Source: a virus
DNA: 64,000 nt
Direction: 5' to 3' (one strand)
IMG/VR virus record: IMGVR_UViG_3300025874_000005
Coordinates: 1-64,000 of that record
Shown here: positions 49,545-58,402 of the stretch, piece by piece
Layout: every line of letters begins with the position of its first letter
Numbering within the stretch: the stretch's first letter is position 1
Translations under genes and position numbers: made by a program
The notes under the pieces: model-generated
Told to the model about the DNA's origin: nothing
Seen by the model: the letters and a program-made list of their open reading frames with translations, nothing else
The model's database searches: none

Positions 49545-50105
49545 ATGAAACTATTTAAGTACAATGAAAGCCAATTGAAGTATGAACCTTTTAGTTCAAC
49601 ATCAATATTTTTAAAATTAGCAATAATATTTTTTAGTGCCTTCCTATTTTTAGGATTAGCTAATTCCCCTGTAGTAGAATATGTAATTGAAACTGAAGAT
49701 ATACTTTTAGTAGAGACAACAGATGAATTTAGTGAGGACAAATTAATAGAAAATATTCAAAAATTAAATTTCAAATTTCCTCATATTGTGTTAGCTCAGT
49801 CAATTCTAGAAACAGGACACTATGATTCAAAAATATTTAAAGAGAATCATAATTTATTTGGTATGAAAGAAGCACGAGTTAGACTTAATTTAGCTAAAGG
49901 TACTCAATTTGGTCATGCTTATTATGAAAGTTGGGAAGAGTCACTTACAGATTATGCTTTATGGTATTCAACATATGCTTATAAATGTAAAACAGAAAAA
50001 CAATTATATAAATTATTAGATAAGCAATATGCTGAAGCCGCGGCATATGTATCAATGTTACAAGAAATAGTATTGATTAATAACTTAAAAGAAAAATTCG
50101 AATAA
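49545..50105 (+). CDS. membrane-anchored glucosaminidase (GH73-like)
   Basis: TM; LAQSILETG, NLFGMK, YA. Confidence 0.8.
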   Translation: MKLFKYNESQLKYEPFSSTSIFLKLAIIFFSAFLFLGLANSPVVEYVIETEDILLVETTDEFSEDKLIENIQKLNFKFPHIVLAQSILETGHYDSKIFKENHNLFGMKEARVRLNLAKGTQFGHAYYESWEESLTDYALWYSTYAYKCKTEKQLYKLLDKQYAEAAAYVSMLQEIVLINNLKEKFE

Positions 50106-50106
50106 A

Positions 50107-50244
50107 ATGGCTAAAATGGTATCATTCACCCACAGGGGGAGTGCAAAGAAAAAGCGTCCAGGTGTTCACGCTAAAACAAAAACATCAAAATCAAAAAATA
50201 GTGTTAATTATAGAAAGGCCTATAGAGGGCAAGGTAAAATTTAA
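50107..50244 (+). CDS. 45-aa basic microprotein ending YRGQGKI (not in track)
   Basis: MAKMVSFTHRGSAKKKRPGVHAKTKTSKSKNSVNYRKAYRGQGKI*. Confidence 0.65.
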   Translation: MAKMVSFTHRGSAKKKRPGVHAKTKTSKSKNSVNYRKAYRGQGKI

Positions 50245-50259
50245 AAATGTAGAAAGATT

Positions 50260-50382
50260 ATGTCAAAGAATTCAATGAAACAAACAGTAGACCAGAGTAT
50301 GTTGTGGAGAAACTGGATGATTAATAAAGGAAGTCTGAAAATTGTAAAAAAATCTAAACCACTATATACTGTAAACAGATAA
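50260..50382 (+). CDS. 40-aa hypothetical (not in track)
   Basis: MSKNSMKQTVDQ...VNR*. Confidence 0.45.
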   Translation: MSKNSMKQTVDQSMLWRNWMINKGSLKIVKKSKPLYTVNR

Positions 50383-50562
50383 ATGTTAAAAACACCAACC
50401 AACCATTTTGAACACTTTGATGATGAAATATTATTGGAAATGGCAATGTTTTATCCAATACAGTTAAGAAAAATGTGTGTATTAATTAGTTTAGACCAAC
50501 AATTGGAAAAGGAAAGTTATGAAAAAGTTAAAAGTAGTAGTAGTAGGGGAAACTTGTGTTGA
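50383..50562 (+). CDS. 59-aa hypothetical (not in track)
   Basis: MLKTPTNHFEHFDDE...; ATG directly after the previous stop. Confidence 0.45.
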   Translation: MLKTPTNHFEHFDDEILLEMAMFYPIQLRKMCVLISLDQQLEKESYEKVKSSSSRGNLC

Positions 50563-51265
50563 TAAATTTATCTATTGTAAAATTAATAGATTATCTCCTG
50601 AAGCACCTGTACCAGTTTTAATACCAACCCACACTGAAGTAAACCCAGGCATGTCAGGAAATACTTGTGCTAATATTAAGGCATTAGATCCAAGCTCACA
50701 AGTTATACATTTTTCAAACTTAAAACAAATAACTAAAACTAGGTATGTTGAAGGGAAAACAAACCATATGTTTTTAAGAGTTGATGAAGGTGATAGTAAA
50801 ATTGAATCTTTTAAGTGGAGTAATGACTATAAACATTTTATTAAAGAAGCTGATGTTGTTATCGTAAGTGATTATGATAAGGGATATTTAACAGATTTAG
50901 ATTTAATAAAAATTGCTACACATTCAAGACTATCTATCCTAGACAGCAAACGTAAACTTACAGATAAAGTTATAAATTCTTTTAATTTTGTTAAACTAAA
51001 TGAAGAAGAATGGGAAAACAATTATGGATTAGATGATAAAAATATTATTGTAACTTTAGGTGCTAAGGGTTCAATGTACATGGGAGAAATATTCCCATCT
51101 AATAACCCACAAGAAACAATTGATGTTAGTGGTGCTGGTGACACATTTACAGCTGCATTTGCTATATCATATGTAACAGCCCCATCTGTTCCTAATGCTA
51201 TTAAATATGCTAATACAGTGGCGTCTAAAGTCGTTAGTAAACGAGGAGTAAAGACTCCCGCATAA
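50519..51265 (+). CDS. rfaE: PfkB-family heptose-7-phosphate kinase (HldE/RfaE kinase domain)
   Basis: RLSPEAPVPV, KTR, SDYDKG, DVSGAGDT. Confidence 0.85.
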   Translation: MKKLKVVVVGETCVDKFIYCKINRLSPEAPVPVLIPTHTEVNPGMSGNTCANIKALDPSSQVIHFSNLKQITKTRYVEGKTNHMFLRVDEGDSKIESFKWSNDYKHFIKEADVVIVSDYDKGYLTDLDLIKIATHSRLSILDSKRKLTDKVINSFNFVKLNEEEWENNYGLDDKNIIVTLGAKGSMYMGEIFPSNNPQETIDVSGAGDTFTAAFAISYVTAPSVPNAIKYANTVASKVVSKRGVKTPA

Positions 51266-51268
51266 ATA

Positions 51269-51300
51269 TTTGGAGAAGCAAAAGAAGGTTCGTATATTTA
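51269..51300 (+). promoter_or_regulatory. early promoter
   Basis: TTGGAGAAGC 51270, TATATT 51293-98. Confidence 0.75.
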
Positions 51301-51322
51301 GGTATAAATAAAGGTAACGCAT

Positions 51323-51763
51323 ATGGCACTCTGGAAATTTTCAAATTTAAATAAATACGGAAACATTAGGTCTAGGATTATTTATAGACCTGATGGTGAA
51401 GCATTTGGTTTTAATCCTAAAGGATTTGGTCCCTTTGTTAATGTACAAAGGTTCAAATATGAACATAAACATGAAATTATACCTCCGTCATTAGTAGAAT
51501 CAAATGGTAAAATGTATATTGTACCAACATGGAAAGAAGTTGATCCAAACACTACTTTAAATGATATTCAGTGGATTAGACCAAAAGTTAAAGTAACTAA
51601 ATCTGAAACTGTAGTTAAAATATCTAAAAGTAGTAGTAGTGATGCTGAGTATACTACGAAATACTACCCAGATTCAGGTAAATATCATTGTGATTGTCCT
51701 GGTACTTGGAGAACTAGAGGAAATTGTAAACACGTAAAACAAATGAGAAATGAGCAGGGGTAG
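51323..51763 (+). CDS. SWIM zinc-finger protein
   Basis: YHCDCP...CKHV. Confidence 0.75.
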   Translation: MALWKFSNLNKYGNIRSRIIYRPDGEAFGFNPKGFGPFVNVQRFKYEHKHEIIPPSLVESNGKMYIVPTWKEVDPNTTLNDIQWIRPKVKVTKSETVVKISKSSSSDAEYTTKYYPDSGKYHCDCPGTWRTRGNCKHVKQMRNEQG

Positions 51764-52172
51764 ACCATCAGAACAAACAGAACGTAGAACAAAATATGTT
51801 CTAGAATTTATTGATGTACCATCTAAACCAGAATTAGGTGGTAGACAGTTATGGCATTTTGATGATGCCAAACATAAAAATGGTCCTTGGAAAGTAGAAA
51901 ATTTTGAAGGTCCTGAAGAAAAAAAACTAAATAGTAAATTTAAACCAAAGATTCAAAAAGGTAAACCATATGGTAAACTACCAGTGGTTATGGTGTTTAA
52001 ATCATCAAATCGCTCAAATGCCGTAACTAAAATGAAAATTTGGAATAATGAAAATATAGATTATATTAACTCTGCTAAAAAACTCCCAGGTGTACCTGAT
52101 ACATCTATTATATTAGAATTGGGGGTAGGTAAAAACCTTATTAAAAAATGGCAATTAGAATATAATTTGTAA
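51750..52172 (+). CDS. hypothetical protein
   Basis: N-terminal RGRP motif. Confidence 0.65.
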   Translation: MSRGRPSEQTERRTKYVLEFIDVPSKPELGGRQLWHFDDAKHKNGPWKVENFEGPEEKKLNSKFKPKIQKGKPYGKLPVVMVFKSSNRSNAVTKMKIWNNENIDYINSAKKLPGVPDTSIILELGVGKNLIKKWQLEYNL

Positions 52173-52201
52173 TATTTATCAACGAATATAAATTAAACAA
52201 C

Positions 52202-52834
52202 ATGGCAACACGAGCACTTATAGGTTATTTAGACGAAGACAGAAACTTCACATGCACATATAACCACTATGATGGTTACCCAGAAGGTTTAGGTAAAGCA
52301 TTACTAGACCATTACGATACTGATGAACAAGCTAAAAAAATAGCAAATACAGGATATATCTCATCTGTAGATGAAGATGGTACTATTGATTCAAAATATG
52401 ATGAACCTGCTGACAAAATGGTTCTTGATGAGGATGTAATAGAAGCAGGATTACAAATCGGTGAGAAAGTAGATGAGTATGGTGGTGATTATGGTTATGT
52501 ATGGTTTGGTAATGAATGGATGACACTTAAAAATAATGGTATTCGTTCAATTGCAGATCAATTTGAATTTAAAATGCCAGCTGACGGTGCAGGAATATTT
52601 AGAGTAGAAGAAAATTTAAACGAAAAAGAAAAAGAAGATATGGCAGAAAGTTACAAAGCAAAATGGAATGAATTTATTACTGAAAATAAAGTAATTGATG
52701 ATCAATGGACAGTATATGTAAAATCATTAGTTAATTCTATTAGATTAAATGGTGTTGATGATTATGTTAATTTTAGTGAAGATGATTTCAAAGAAGATTT
52801 TGATAATTATATAGCAGATAAAATGGATCTCTAG
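52202..52834 (+). CDS. hypothetical phage protein (MATR...HYDGYP type)
   Basis: MATRALIG, YNHYDGYPEGLG; ATATTTATC upstream at 52172. Confidence 0.7.
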   Translation: MATRALIGYLDEDRNFTCTYNHYDGYPEGLGKALLDHYDTDEQAKKIANTGYISSVDEDGTIDSKYDEPADKMVLDEDVIEAGLQIGEKVDEYGGDYGYVWFGNEWMTLKNNGIRSIADQFEFKMPADGAGIFRVEENLNEKEKEDMAESYKAKWNEFITENKVIDDQWTVYVKSLVNSIRLNGVDDYVNFSEDDFKEDFDNYIADKMDL

Positions 52835-52861
52835 TATTATTTCCCCTCTGATCCTAAGATT

Positions 52862-52887
52862 GAGGCACCTAACGGTGCCTCTTTTTT
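52862..52887 (+). terminator. intrinsic terminator
   Basis: GAGGCACC-TAAC-GGTGCCTC-TTTTTT. Confidence 0.9.
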
Positions 52888-52897
52888 ATGTTAAAAA

Positions 52898-52929
52898 TTT
52901 GGATAAGCCAAAAACTATTCGTATATTCA
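52898..52929 (+). promoter_or_regulatory. sigma70-type promoter
   Basis: TTGG 52899-902, N19, TATATT 52922-27. Confidence 0.7.
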
Positions 52930-52933
52930 CCCC

Positions 52934-53332
52934 ATGAATAAAGAGAGCATTCAGTCTATAATAAATAAATCTTACCCAAAGATAGAAAAATATTATGGAC
53001 ATTCAAAATATCACAATTGTACTCCCTATATTGAAATTCACCACAACATTTATATAAGAATAACAGGTGATGAGTATGACCAAGATATACTATCAGAAAC
53101 AGAATGTAATCCTGATGCTGAATATGATAAAGTTGATAATACTATTATAATTTATTGGCCTAAAATGATTAATAAAGAGACTATTATAAAATCCCTAATA
53201 CACGAATACCAACATTATTTACAGTCTCCATCATGGATGAAAAGATATTACAATATGGGTTATGATTATAATAACCATCCTTATGAAATAGCAGCAACTC
53301 AAGAAGAAAGTAATTGGAAGATATTCGCGTAA
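52934..53332 (+). CDS. HExxH metallopeptidase-like protein
   Basis: LIHEYQH...PYE. Confidence 0.7.
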   Translation: MNKESIQSIINKSYPKIEKYYGHSKYHNCTPYIEIHHNIYIRITGDEYDQDILSETECNPDAEYDKVDNTIIIYWPKMINKETIIKSLIHEYQHYLQSPSWMKRYYNMGYDYNNHPYEIAATQEESNWKIFA

Positions 53333-53389
53333 AATTTGGAGAAGCAAGGAAGCCTTCGTATATTTACGGGGTAAATGAGGCATGAAGCC
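53331..53389 (+). promoter_or_regulatory. early promoter + leader stem-loop cassette
   Basis: 37 nt identical to 53601-53637; then TAAATGA-GGC-ATGAA-GCC. Confidence 0.8.
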
Positions 53390-53418
53390 AATAGAACACA
53401 AATAAAAATAAAGGTTAT

Positions 53419-53601
53419 ATGAAAAAAGTAAATTTAAATCCGTCAAATTCAAAAGTTATTAATGGTACTGTATTTGTTACTGCATTAAAAGCATTAGCAA
53501 TGTCTAAGGTGCTATCAGACCAATTAGAACATGGTAATAACATCACTCACCCTACATTAGGAATTATGTATCAATATAATGGTCCTTATTCTCGCGCATA
53601 A
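53419..53601 (+). CDS. hypothetical protein
   Basis: Single ORF between two identical promoters. Confidence 0.6.
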   Translation: MKKVNLNPSNSKVINGTVFVTALKALAMSKVLSDQLEHGNNITHPTLGIMYQYNGPYSRA

Positions 53602-53659
53602 AAATTTGGAGAAGCAAGGAAGCCTTCGTATATTTACAGGGTAAAACGGGTGCAAACCC
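53601..53659 (+). promoter_or_regulatory. early promoter + leader stem-loop cassette
   Basis: TTGG 53606, TATATT 53629-34; GGGT-GCAA-ACCC GNRA hairpin. Confidence 0.8.
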
Positions 53660-53682
53660 AATTATTAATAAAAATAAAAGTT

Positions 53683-53868
53683 ATGTTGAAGAAAATTGAT
53701 TTTAAGTATTTAGTAGGAGCAGTAAGTGCATTTATGCTTAGTATAGGAACAATGCATGGTGCCGTTCAGAATTATATCCCTTTTGAGGGTATTGATAATG
53801 AAATGGCATTTTGTGTTATGTCCTTTATGCTTGGTGGGATATGTTTAATGTGTATTAAAAAATCATAA
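53683..53868 (+). CDS. small membrane protein
   Basis: Two hydrophobic segments; AAAAGTT-ATG start. Confidence 0.65.
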   Translation: MLKKIDFKYLVGAVSAFMLSIGTMHGAVQNYIPFEGIDNEMAFCVMSFMLGGICLMCIKKS

Positions 53869-53871
53869 GGT

Positions 53872-54102
53872 ATGAAAATTAAAACAATACATGATGGTTG
53901 GGATTGCGTCCCAGAATTAAAAGATGTTACCTATGAATTAAGCACGGTGAATGATTACATTTATGAAATCAAAAATTGTGTAAGAAATTCAGATTTAGAG
54001 AGTATGGTAAATGATATGAGGGAGATTATGGATAATGTTAAATACCATTTAGATAAAATAGACACTACTAAAGAGTTTATTACAGTAGATATAGAAGATT
54101 AA
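53872..54102 (+). CDS. hypothetical protein
   Basis: ORF in early array. Confidence 0.65.
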   Translation: MKIKTIHDGWDCVPELKDVTYELSTVNDYIYEIKNCVRNSDLESMVNDMREIMDNVKYHLDKIDTTKEFITVDIED

Positions 54103-54121
54103 TTAATTAAAAATAAAAGTT

Positions 54122-54499
54122 ATGGCAAAAATTGAAAAAAGTTTTTTAACCCCCAAGTGGTTAGTAGTTAAAGAAATGTATGAAACTGGAACTAATGGTT
54201 CTGATAAGTTTGGTGATAATTTCCCAGTTGATGGTGAGTTAAATGAATTAGCAAGTGAGTTTGTTGATATTTTAGGTGAATTTACTAGGCAATTTGGTTA
54301 TGAAAGTACCATTGAAGGAGTTCATATGAATTTATGGAAAGAAAGAATTTGGTCATTAATTGAAAACGCAGGTTTACTTCCAGAAATTGCTTGGAGAGAT
54401 GATTTAGAAACAGATCGTTTAAACCAAATGGAGGTAGAAGAAGATGATATCTACGAGGTGGATTTAGATGAATTAGAAAAAGAAATTTATAACTCATAA
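54122..54499 (+). CDS. acidic hypothetical protein
   Basis: E/D-rich; AAAAGTT-ATG start. Confidence 0.7.
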   Translation: MAKIEKSFLTPKWLVVKEMYETGTNGSDKFGDNFPVDGELNELASEFVDILGEFTRQFGYESTIEGVHMNLWKERIWSLIENAGLLPEIAWRDDLETDRLNQMEVEEDDIYEVDLDELEKEIYNS

Positions 54500-54500
54500 T

Positions 54501-54719
54501 ATGGCAAATACAAAACAATACACAGGTGAATATATTTCACTATTCGACCATTTAGGTAGAGCTGCTGGTGGCGAATTAGGTACAAAAGTAGCTTATGCCG
54601 CTGCTAAAGCAGGCATTAAACATGGTACTAGACAACTGGAAGAAAGTTATTATACTGGTGAGGTTTATACTTACCCAAGTGACTTTTTAACAGATTACTT
54701 TAATGTAACACTAAAATAA
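54501..54719 (+). CDS. hypothetical protein
   Basis: ORF in early array. Confidence 0.65.
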   Translation: MANTKQYTGEYISLFDHLGRAAGGELGTKVAYAAAKAGIKHGTRQLEESYYTGEVYTYPSDFLTDYFNVTLK

Positions 54720-54724
54720 ACAAA

Positions 54725-54859
54725 ATGGATAAACTAGAAAAGGAAAATCTATATCGAAAATTAAATTTAATACTTCAATTAGTAGAAGATCGTAACAATA
54801 GCGAAGCAATGCAACATTTAGAAGAATTAATTCATAGAATTCAATTTAATAAAATTTAA
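54725..54859 (+). CDS. 44-aa hypothetical (not in track)
   Basis: MDKLEKENLYRKLN...FNKI*. Confidence 0.5.
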   Translation: MDKLEKENLYRKLNLILQLVEDRNNSEAMQHLEELIHRIQFNKI

Positions 54860-54863
54860 AGTT

Positions 54864-55214
54864 ATGTTGTATAAGGATATGCTAATTGGAATATTCATGT
54901 TTAGTATAGCTCATGTGCTAACATTCTTCCAATTAAACGGACAATTTTTTAAAACAGATTGGTTTAGAAAGAATGAACTGTTAGTAGCAGCAGCGGGTAT
55001 AATTCTATCATTTTTCTATATTTGGGGAACTAAATATACTGTTAGTGGATTTGAAGGTTTATTATGGCCTGCTAGGTTTGTAGGATTTGGGGTTGGGATG
55101 ATAATTTATGCTGTTGGTGTTAATTATTTTTTCGGTGAAACTTTAAATCCTAAAACAATTGTTAGTTTATGTCTATCATTAATTTTAATTTGTATCCAAG
55201 TATTATGGAAGTAA
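54864..55214 (+). CDS. four-TM small membrane protein (SMR/DMT-like size)
   Basis: Four hydrophobic helices in 116 aa. Confidence 0.6.
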   Translation: MLYKDMLIGIFMFSIAHVLTFFQLNGQFFKTDWFRKNELLVAAAGIILSFFYIWGTKYTVSGFEGLLWPARFVGFGVGMIIYAVGVNYFFGETLNPKTIVSLCLSLILICIQVLWK

Positions 55215-55387
55215 ATAAAAGAAAATATTTACTAGAAAATGGATGGTGGGCTCACTACCATGATGATTGTTGGTTTGATGGTAAACTAGATGAATTAGAT
55301 GTTGATGAAAAAGGATTTATGGTTGGGTTTAGGCCCGAAAGTGAAGGAATAACATTAGAAGAAGCATATGAAAAAGCGAGAATATAG
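55205..55387 (+). CDS. hypothetical protein
   Basis: Track ORF 55169; ATG at 55205. Confidence 0.55.
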   Translation: MEVNKRKYLLENGWWAHYHDDCWFDGKLDELDVDEKGFMVGFRPESEGITLEEAYEKARI

Positions 55388-55499
55388 AGGTTGTGAATGG
55401 AATAGTCCAATCTATAGACAAATTGTAGCAGAAAAAAATAAAAAAGAAGGCAAAGCAACAATAAATGAATATAAAACAAAACGTGGAAAAAGAAGCTAA
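55368..55499 (+). CDS. 43-aa basic hypothetical (not in track)
   Basis: MKKREYRGCEWNSPIYRQ...GKRS*. Confidence 0.45.
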   Translation: MKKREYRGCEWNSPIYRQIVAEKNKKEGKATINEYKTKRGKRS

Positions 55500-55542
55500 A
55501 AAGCTTTTTATACAAATAATATCCAGTTAATACGTATATACG

Positions 55543-55770
55543 ATGATAACCGATTACTTAAAATATGTAAATGACAATGCTTACATTGTAAAGCGTGAGG
55601 TACCAACCCACGTATTTGAAGTTAAAGGTCAAAATAAATTAAACATGCAACTCTTACAAGACTATAGAGATTACCTTGGGTGCGATCACGTTCTTAGATC
55701 TCAAACCCATTTCCTAATGTGTGAAACCATTGAAGAAGCAGAAATTCTAGAAGAAAATGTCAAAAGTTAA
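55543..55770 (+). CDS. hypothetical protein
   Basis: ORF in array. Confidence 0.65.
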   Translation: MITDYLKYVNDNAYIVKREVPTHVFEVKGQNKLNMQLLQDYRDYLGCDHVLRSQTHFLMCETIEEAEILEENVKS

Positions 55771-55963
55771 TTATGGCGATTGGATTGAAGAAGATCCATT
55801 CCACCCCTGTTTGAAGTGTGGGGGAAATGATTTTAGTATAAACATGATAACCGACTTATACACATGCGATAATTGTGGTGAGGTTTTGGTTGCGCCAAAA
55901 GAAGCGCATAAAAAGAAGAGGCCTACGAAAGCTCGTCCTCGCCTTGAGGAAGACTGGGAATAA
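55757..55963 (+). CDS. zinc-ribbon protein
   Basis: CLKC...CDNCG. Confidence 0.65.
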   Translation: MSKVNYGDWIEEDPFHPCLKCGGNDFSINMITDLYTCDNCGEVLVAPKEAHKKKRPTKARPRLEEDWE

Positions 55964-55977
55964 GAGTTGTAGGCTCA

Positions 55978-55986
55978 ATATTTATA
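55978..55986 (+). promoter_or_regulatory. putative late promoter motif ATATTTATA
   Basis: Upstream of the LamG-like gene. Confidence 0.5.
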
Positions 55987-55993
55987 ATCAAAA

Positions 55994-57130
55994 ATGAGAA
56001 AATGGAATGATTGGAAGTCACATGGTGTAGCAAGTGTTTTTCAAGTAGCAGAAGGCTTTAGACCTATGTCGGTTCATAATGGAAATCAATTTTCAGGCTT
56101 GCGTTTGTATACACAAACACCTCGTGTTGATATTAATGATGTTGCTAATCCAAATAATTGGACTTGGGTTAGTCATCAAGGTGGGTTAGGTGCTGGAGCA
56201 AATACAAGCCCAGATGGAGATCCACAAATGGTGTTTTGTTGTCATGATATTTTATCAAGAGAAAATCCTGAAAATATAATAAATTTTTGGGAAGGTGATC
56301 ATTTAGATGTAGATTGGTTACTCTCGCTTCCATATTTTACTACATTAGGTAACACACCAGATTCAACTACAGATTGGAATACTATTGTACTACAGCTTTA
56401 TAGAGTAGGTGGTTGGTTTTGGACTGAAGGTGGTTGGCCTCCAATAAAAGGACCAGGTACTGAAAGTATTGATTTACGACCTGTACATAATTATGAGTTT
56501 CACATGGATGAGTGTTGGGATGGGACCACATTAACGTCTTATGTAGATAGTCATAATCAATCAGCAAATACAATTAGTGGTACTGCACCCTCTGAAACTG
56601 CTGCTTACACTTCATGGCCTTGGGATGCTACATTTAATTTTAATAATGCTGCTGGAATTACAAATACTTCAGATCCAGCAATTACCGGGCAACTTACTTA
56701 TGAGTATATAGGAAACACTAATAATGTTACTGATGATCAATATTTGTGTGATGGTAGGAATGATGGTGGAACTTGGAATTATATGGGCTATCAAGGGTTT
56801 AGGTGGAATTGGTCGGCAAGACTTCAATATAATGGAAGTGATAGTAGTATTAGACATCATGGTGTTATGACTGGGAATTCTTCAACCAATACTAGTAAAT
56901 TATATTATGGTAGTGGGAATGGGTACACTGCTGGTCCAGTTGCCAGTGGAACTTGTTCTACAGCAATGACTACACTTGGGGATAATTTTACTATTGGGAT
57001 GAGGTTTACCAATACTCAGAAATGGAGAGGACAAATGTCAATGTTTAGAGTTTGGGGGTTTGAATTTGATGATGATATGGCTGAAATAGCATGGTTACAT
57101 AACCAAGCACGGATGCCGCTTTATATTTAA
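55994..57130 (+). CDS. putative virion protein with LamG/ConA-like domain
   Basis: C-terminal FTIG...WRGQMSMFRVW LamG-like pattern; W/G/N/T-rich. Confidence 0.6.
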   Translation: MRKWNDWKSHGVASVFQVAEGFRPMSVHNGNQFSGLRLYTQTPRVDINDVANPNNWTWVSHQGGLGAGANTSPDGDPQMVFCCHDILSRENPENIINFWEGDHLDVDWLLSLPYFTTLGNTPDSTTDWNTIVLQLYRVGGWFWTEGGWPPIKGPGTESIDLRPVHNYEFHMDECWDGTTLTSYVDSHNQSANTISGTAPSETAAYTSWPWDATFNFNNAAGITNTSDPAITGQLTYEYIGNTNNVTDDQYLCDGRNDGGTWNYMGYQGFRWNWSARLQYNGSDSSIRHHGVMTGNSSTNTSKLYYGSGNGYTAGPVASGTCSTAMTTLGDNFTIGMRFTNTQKWRGQMSMFRVWGFEFDDDMAEIAWLHNQARMPLYI

Positions 57131-57146
57131 GACTTCTGCAAAAATA

Positions 57147-57200
57147 TGTGGAGAAGCAAGAAATTATTCGTATATTTATGGTATAAATGAGGCGCACGCC
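57147..57200 (+). promoter_or_regulatory. early promoter + leader stem-loop cassette
   Basis: GTGGAGAAGC 57148, TATATT 57171-76; TAAATGA-GGC-GCAC-GCC. Confidence 0.75.
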
Positions 57201-57210
57201 CAATACAGTT

Positions 57211-57702
57211 ATGAAACAAAAAATATTATATTTACATGGTTTAGAAAGTCCACAGGGTGGTGATAAGGTTGATTTCTTAGCAACTAAAGCATTTGTTCAT
57301 GCACCTGAGTTAGATTATACAAGGAGTGATATATTTCCATTCCTTATTAGCACAGTTGAGGAGTTTAAACCTGATGTAATTATAGGTTCATCAATGGGTG
57401 GTTATTCTGCATTCGTTTTAGGAGCGCTTTATAAAATTCCAGTTGTTGCTTTTAATCCTGCTTTGCATTCTAGAAGAATTGAGCCTAATTTCCCTAAATT
57501 TGTAAAAGAGCATGTTCCTGATAACTTTCATTTGGTGTTGGGTGAAAAAGACACCGTTATTGATGGTAGTAAAACGTTAGATTACCTTAAAGACCATGTT
57601 GCCGGTAAGTATATGCAATCTCAAATTCATCGCGTTAAAACAATGGGACATAGAGTGCCACTTGATGTGTTTTGCGATATGTATAATAAAACAATTAAAT
57701 AA
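57211..57702 (+). CDS. YqiA/YcfP-like alpha/beta-hydrolase (esterase)
   Basis: LYLHG, GSSMGG, NPA, D.VI, GH. Confidence 0.85.
   Translation: MKQKILYLHGLESPQGGDKVDFLATKAFVHAPELDYTRSDIFPFLISTVEEFKPDVIIGSSMGGYSAFVLGALYKIPVVAFNPALHSRRIEPNFPKFVKEHVPDNFHLVLGEKDTVIDGSKTLDYLKDHVAGKYMQSQIHRVKTMGHRVPLDVFCDMYNKTIK
57677..57685 (+). promoter_or_regulatory. putative late promoter motif ATATGTATA
   Basis: Upstream of the 57704-59295 operon. Confidence 0.45.
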
Positions 57703-57703
57703 G

Positions 57704-58063
57704 ATGAAGGAATTAAATAATTTTAGAGAATATCTTAACGAAGCTAAATTTAAAGTTGGTGATAAAGTAACCATGAATAATGGTGGTCCAGAAATGGAGA
57801 TTACTAAAACACGTAGGATGTTTGGGTCTGATCTTAATGCTTACTCAGTTAAAAAAGCTGATGGAGAAGAAATGGAGTATGATGAAAAGCAATTGAGATT
57901 AGCTGAAATAAGCTTTGGTGCTGCGGGTACAGATAAAAGATCTGGCCAAGTAATAGGTGAAATAATTCAAATGATTAGAGATACAGGAATAGACCCATCA
58001 GATGTATTAGAAGAAGTAGGCCAAGAGTTTGGTATTGCTTTTGAATTTGGAAGAGGTCAATAA
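57704..58063 (+). CDS. YodC/DUF2158-like domain protein, possible head-internal protein
   Basis: MKELNNFREYLNE leader; FKVGDKV..GGPEM. Confidence 0.55.
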   Translation: MKELNNFREYLNEAKFKVGDKVTMNNGGPEMEITKTRRMFGSDLNAYSVKKADGEEMEYDEKQLRLAEISFGAAGTDKRSGQVIGEIIQMIRDTGIDPSDVLEEVGQEFGIAFEFGRGQ

Positions 58064-58086
58064 AAATAAAAATAAAATAAAATAAA

Positions 58087-58401
58087 ATGGATAAATTTAA
58101 CTTGAAAAAATTTCTTGGTGAAAAATCACTATTAAATGAAAACTCACCTGGGTATGATACTAGAAAGACAGGTGAAGCACTACCAACACTAGAAAGTGTT
58201 AAAGCAGCTTATGAAGCTAAACAAGATAAAGAAGAAATTAAAGAAGGTGTTTGGAATATGCCTTCAGCAGATGAAGTAATGGAATTTGTTGCTTATATGG
58301 AAGATGCTAAAGAAAAATTTTATCATATAGGTAGTGATGATGTACATGATGGTTTAGAACAAGCAATTATTAGTGCTAAAGATTTAGTAACTGGAGAATA
58401 A
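58087..58401 (+). CDS. possible head-internal protein
   Basis: MDKFNLKKFLGEKSLLNE leader. Confidence 0.5.
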   Translation: MDKFNLKKFLGEKSLLNENSPGYDTRKTGEALPTLESVKAAYEAKQDKEEIKEGVWNMPSADEVMEFVAYMEDAKEKFYHIGSDDVHDGLEQAIISAKDLVTGE

Positions 58402-58402
58402 T

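Noticed and set aside
53331-53637. 37-nt exact direct repeat as a CRISPR array or att site
   Set aside because: Only two exact copies, 270 nt apart, flanking an ORF; the sequence is the recurring promoter; no cas operon or integrase seen
58061-58086. (TAAAA)n short tandem repeat as a contingency locus
   Set aside because: Indistinguishable from the A-rich translation initiation regions found throughout
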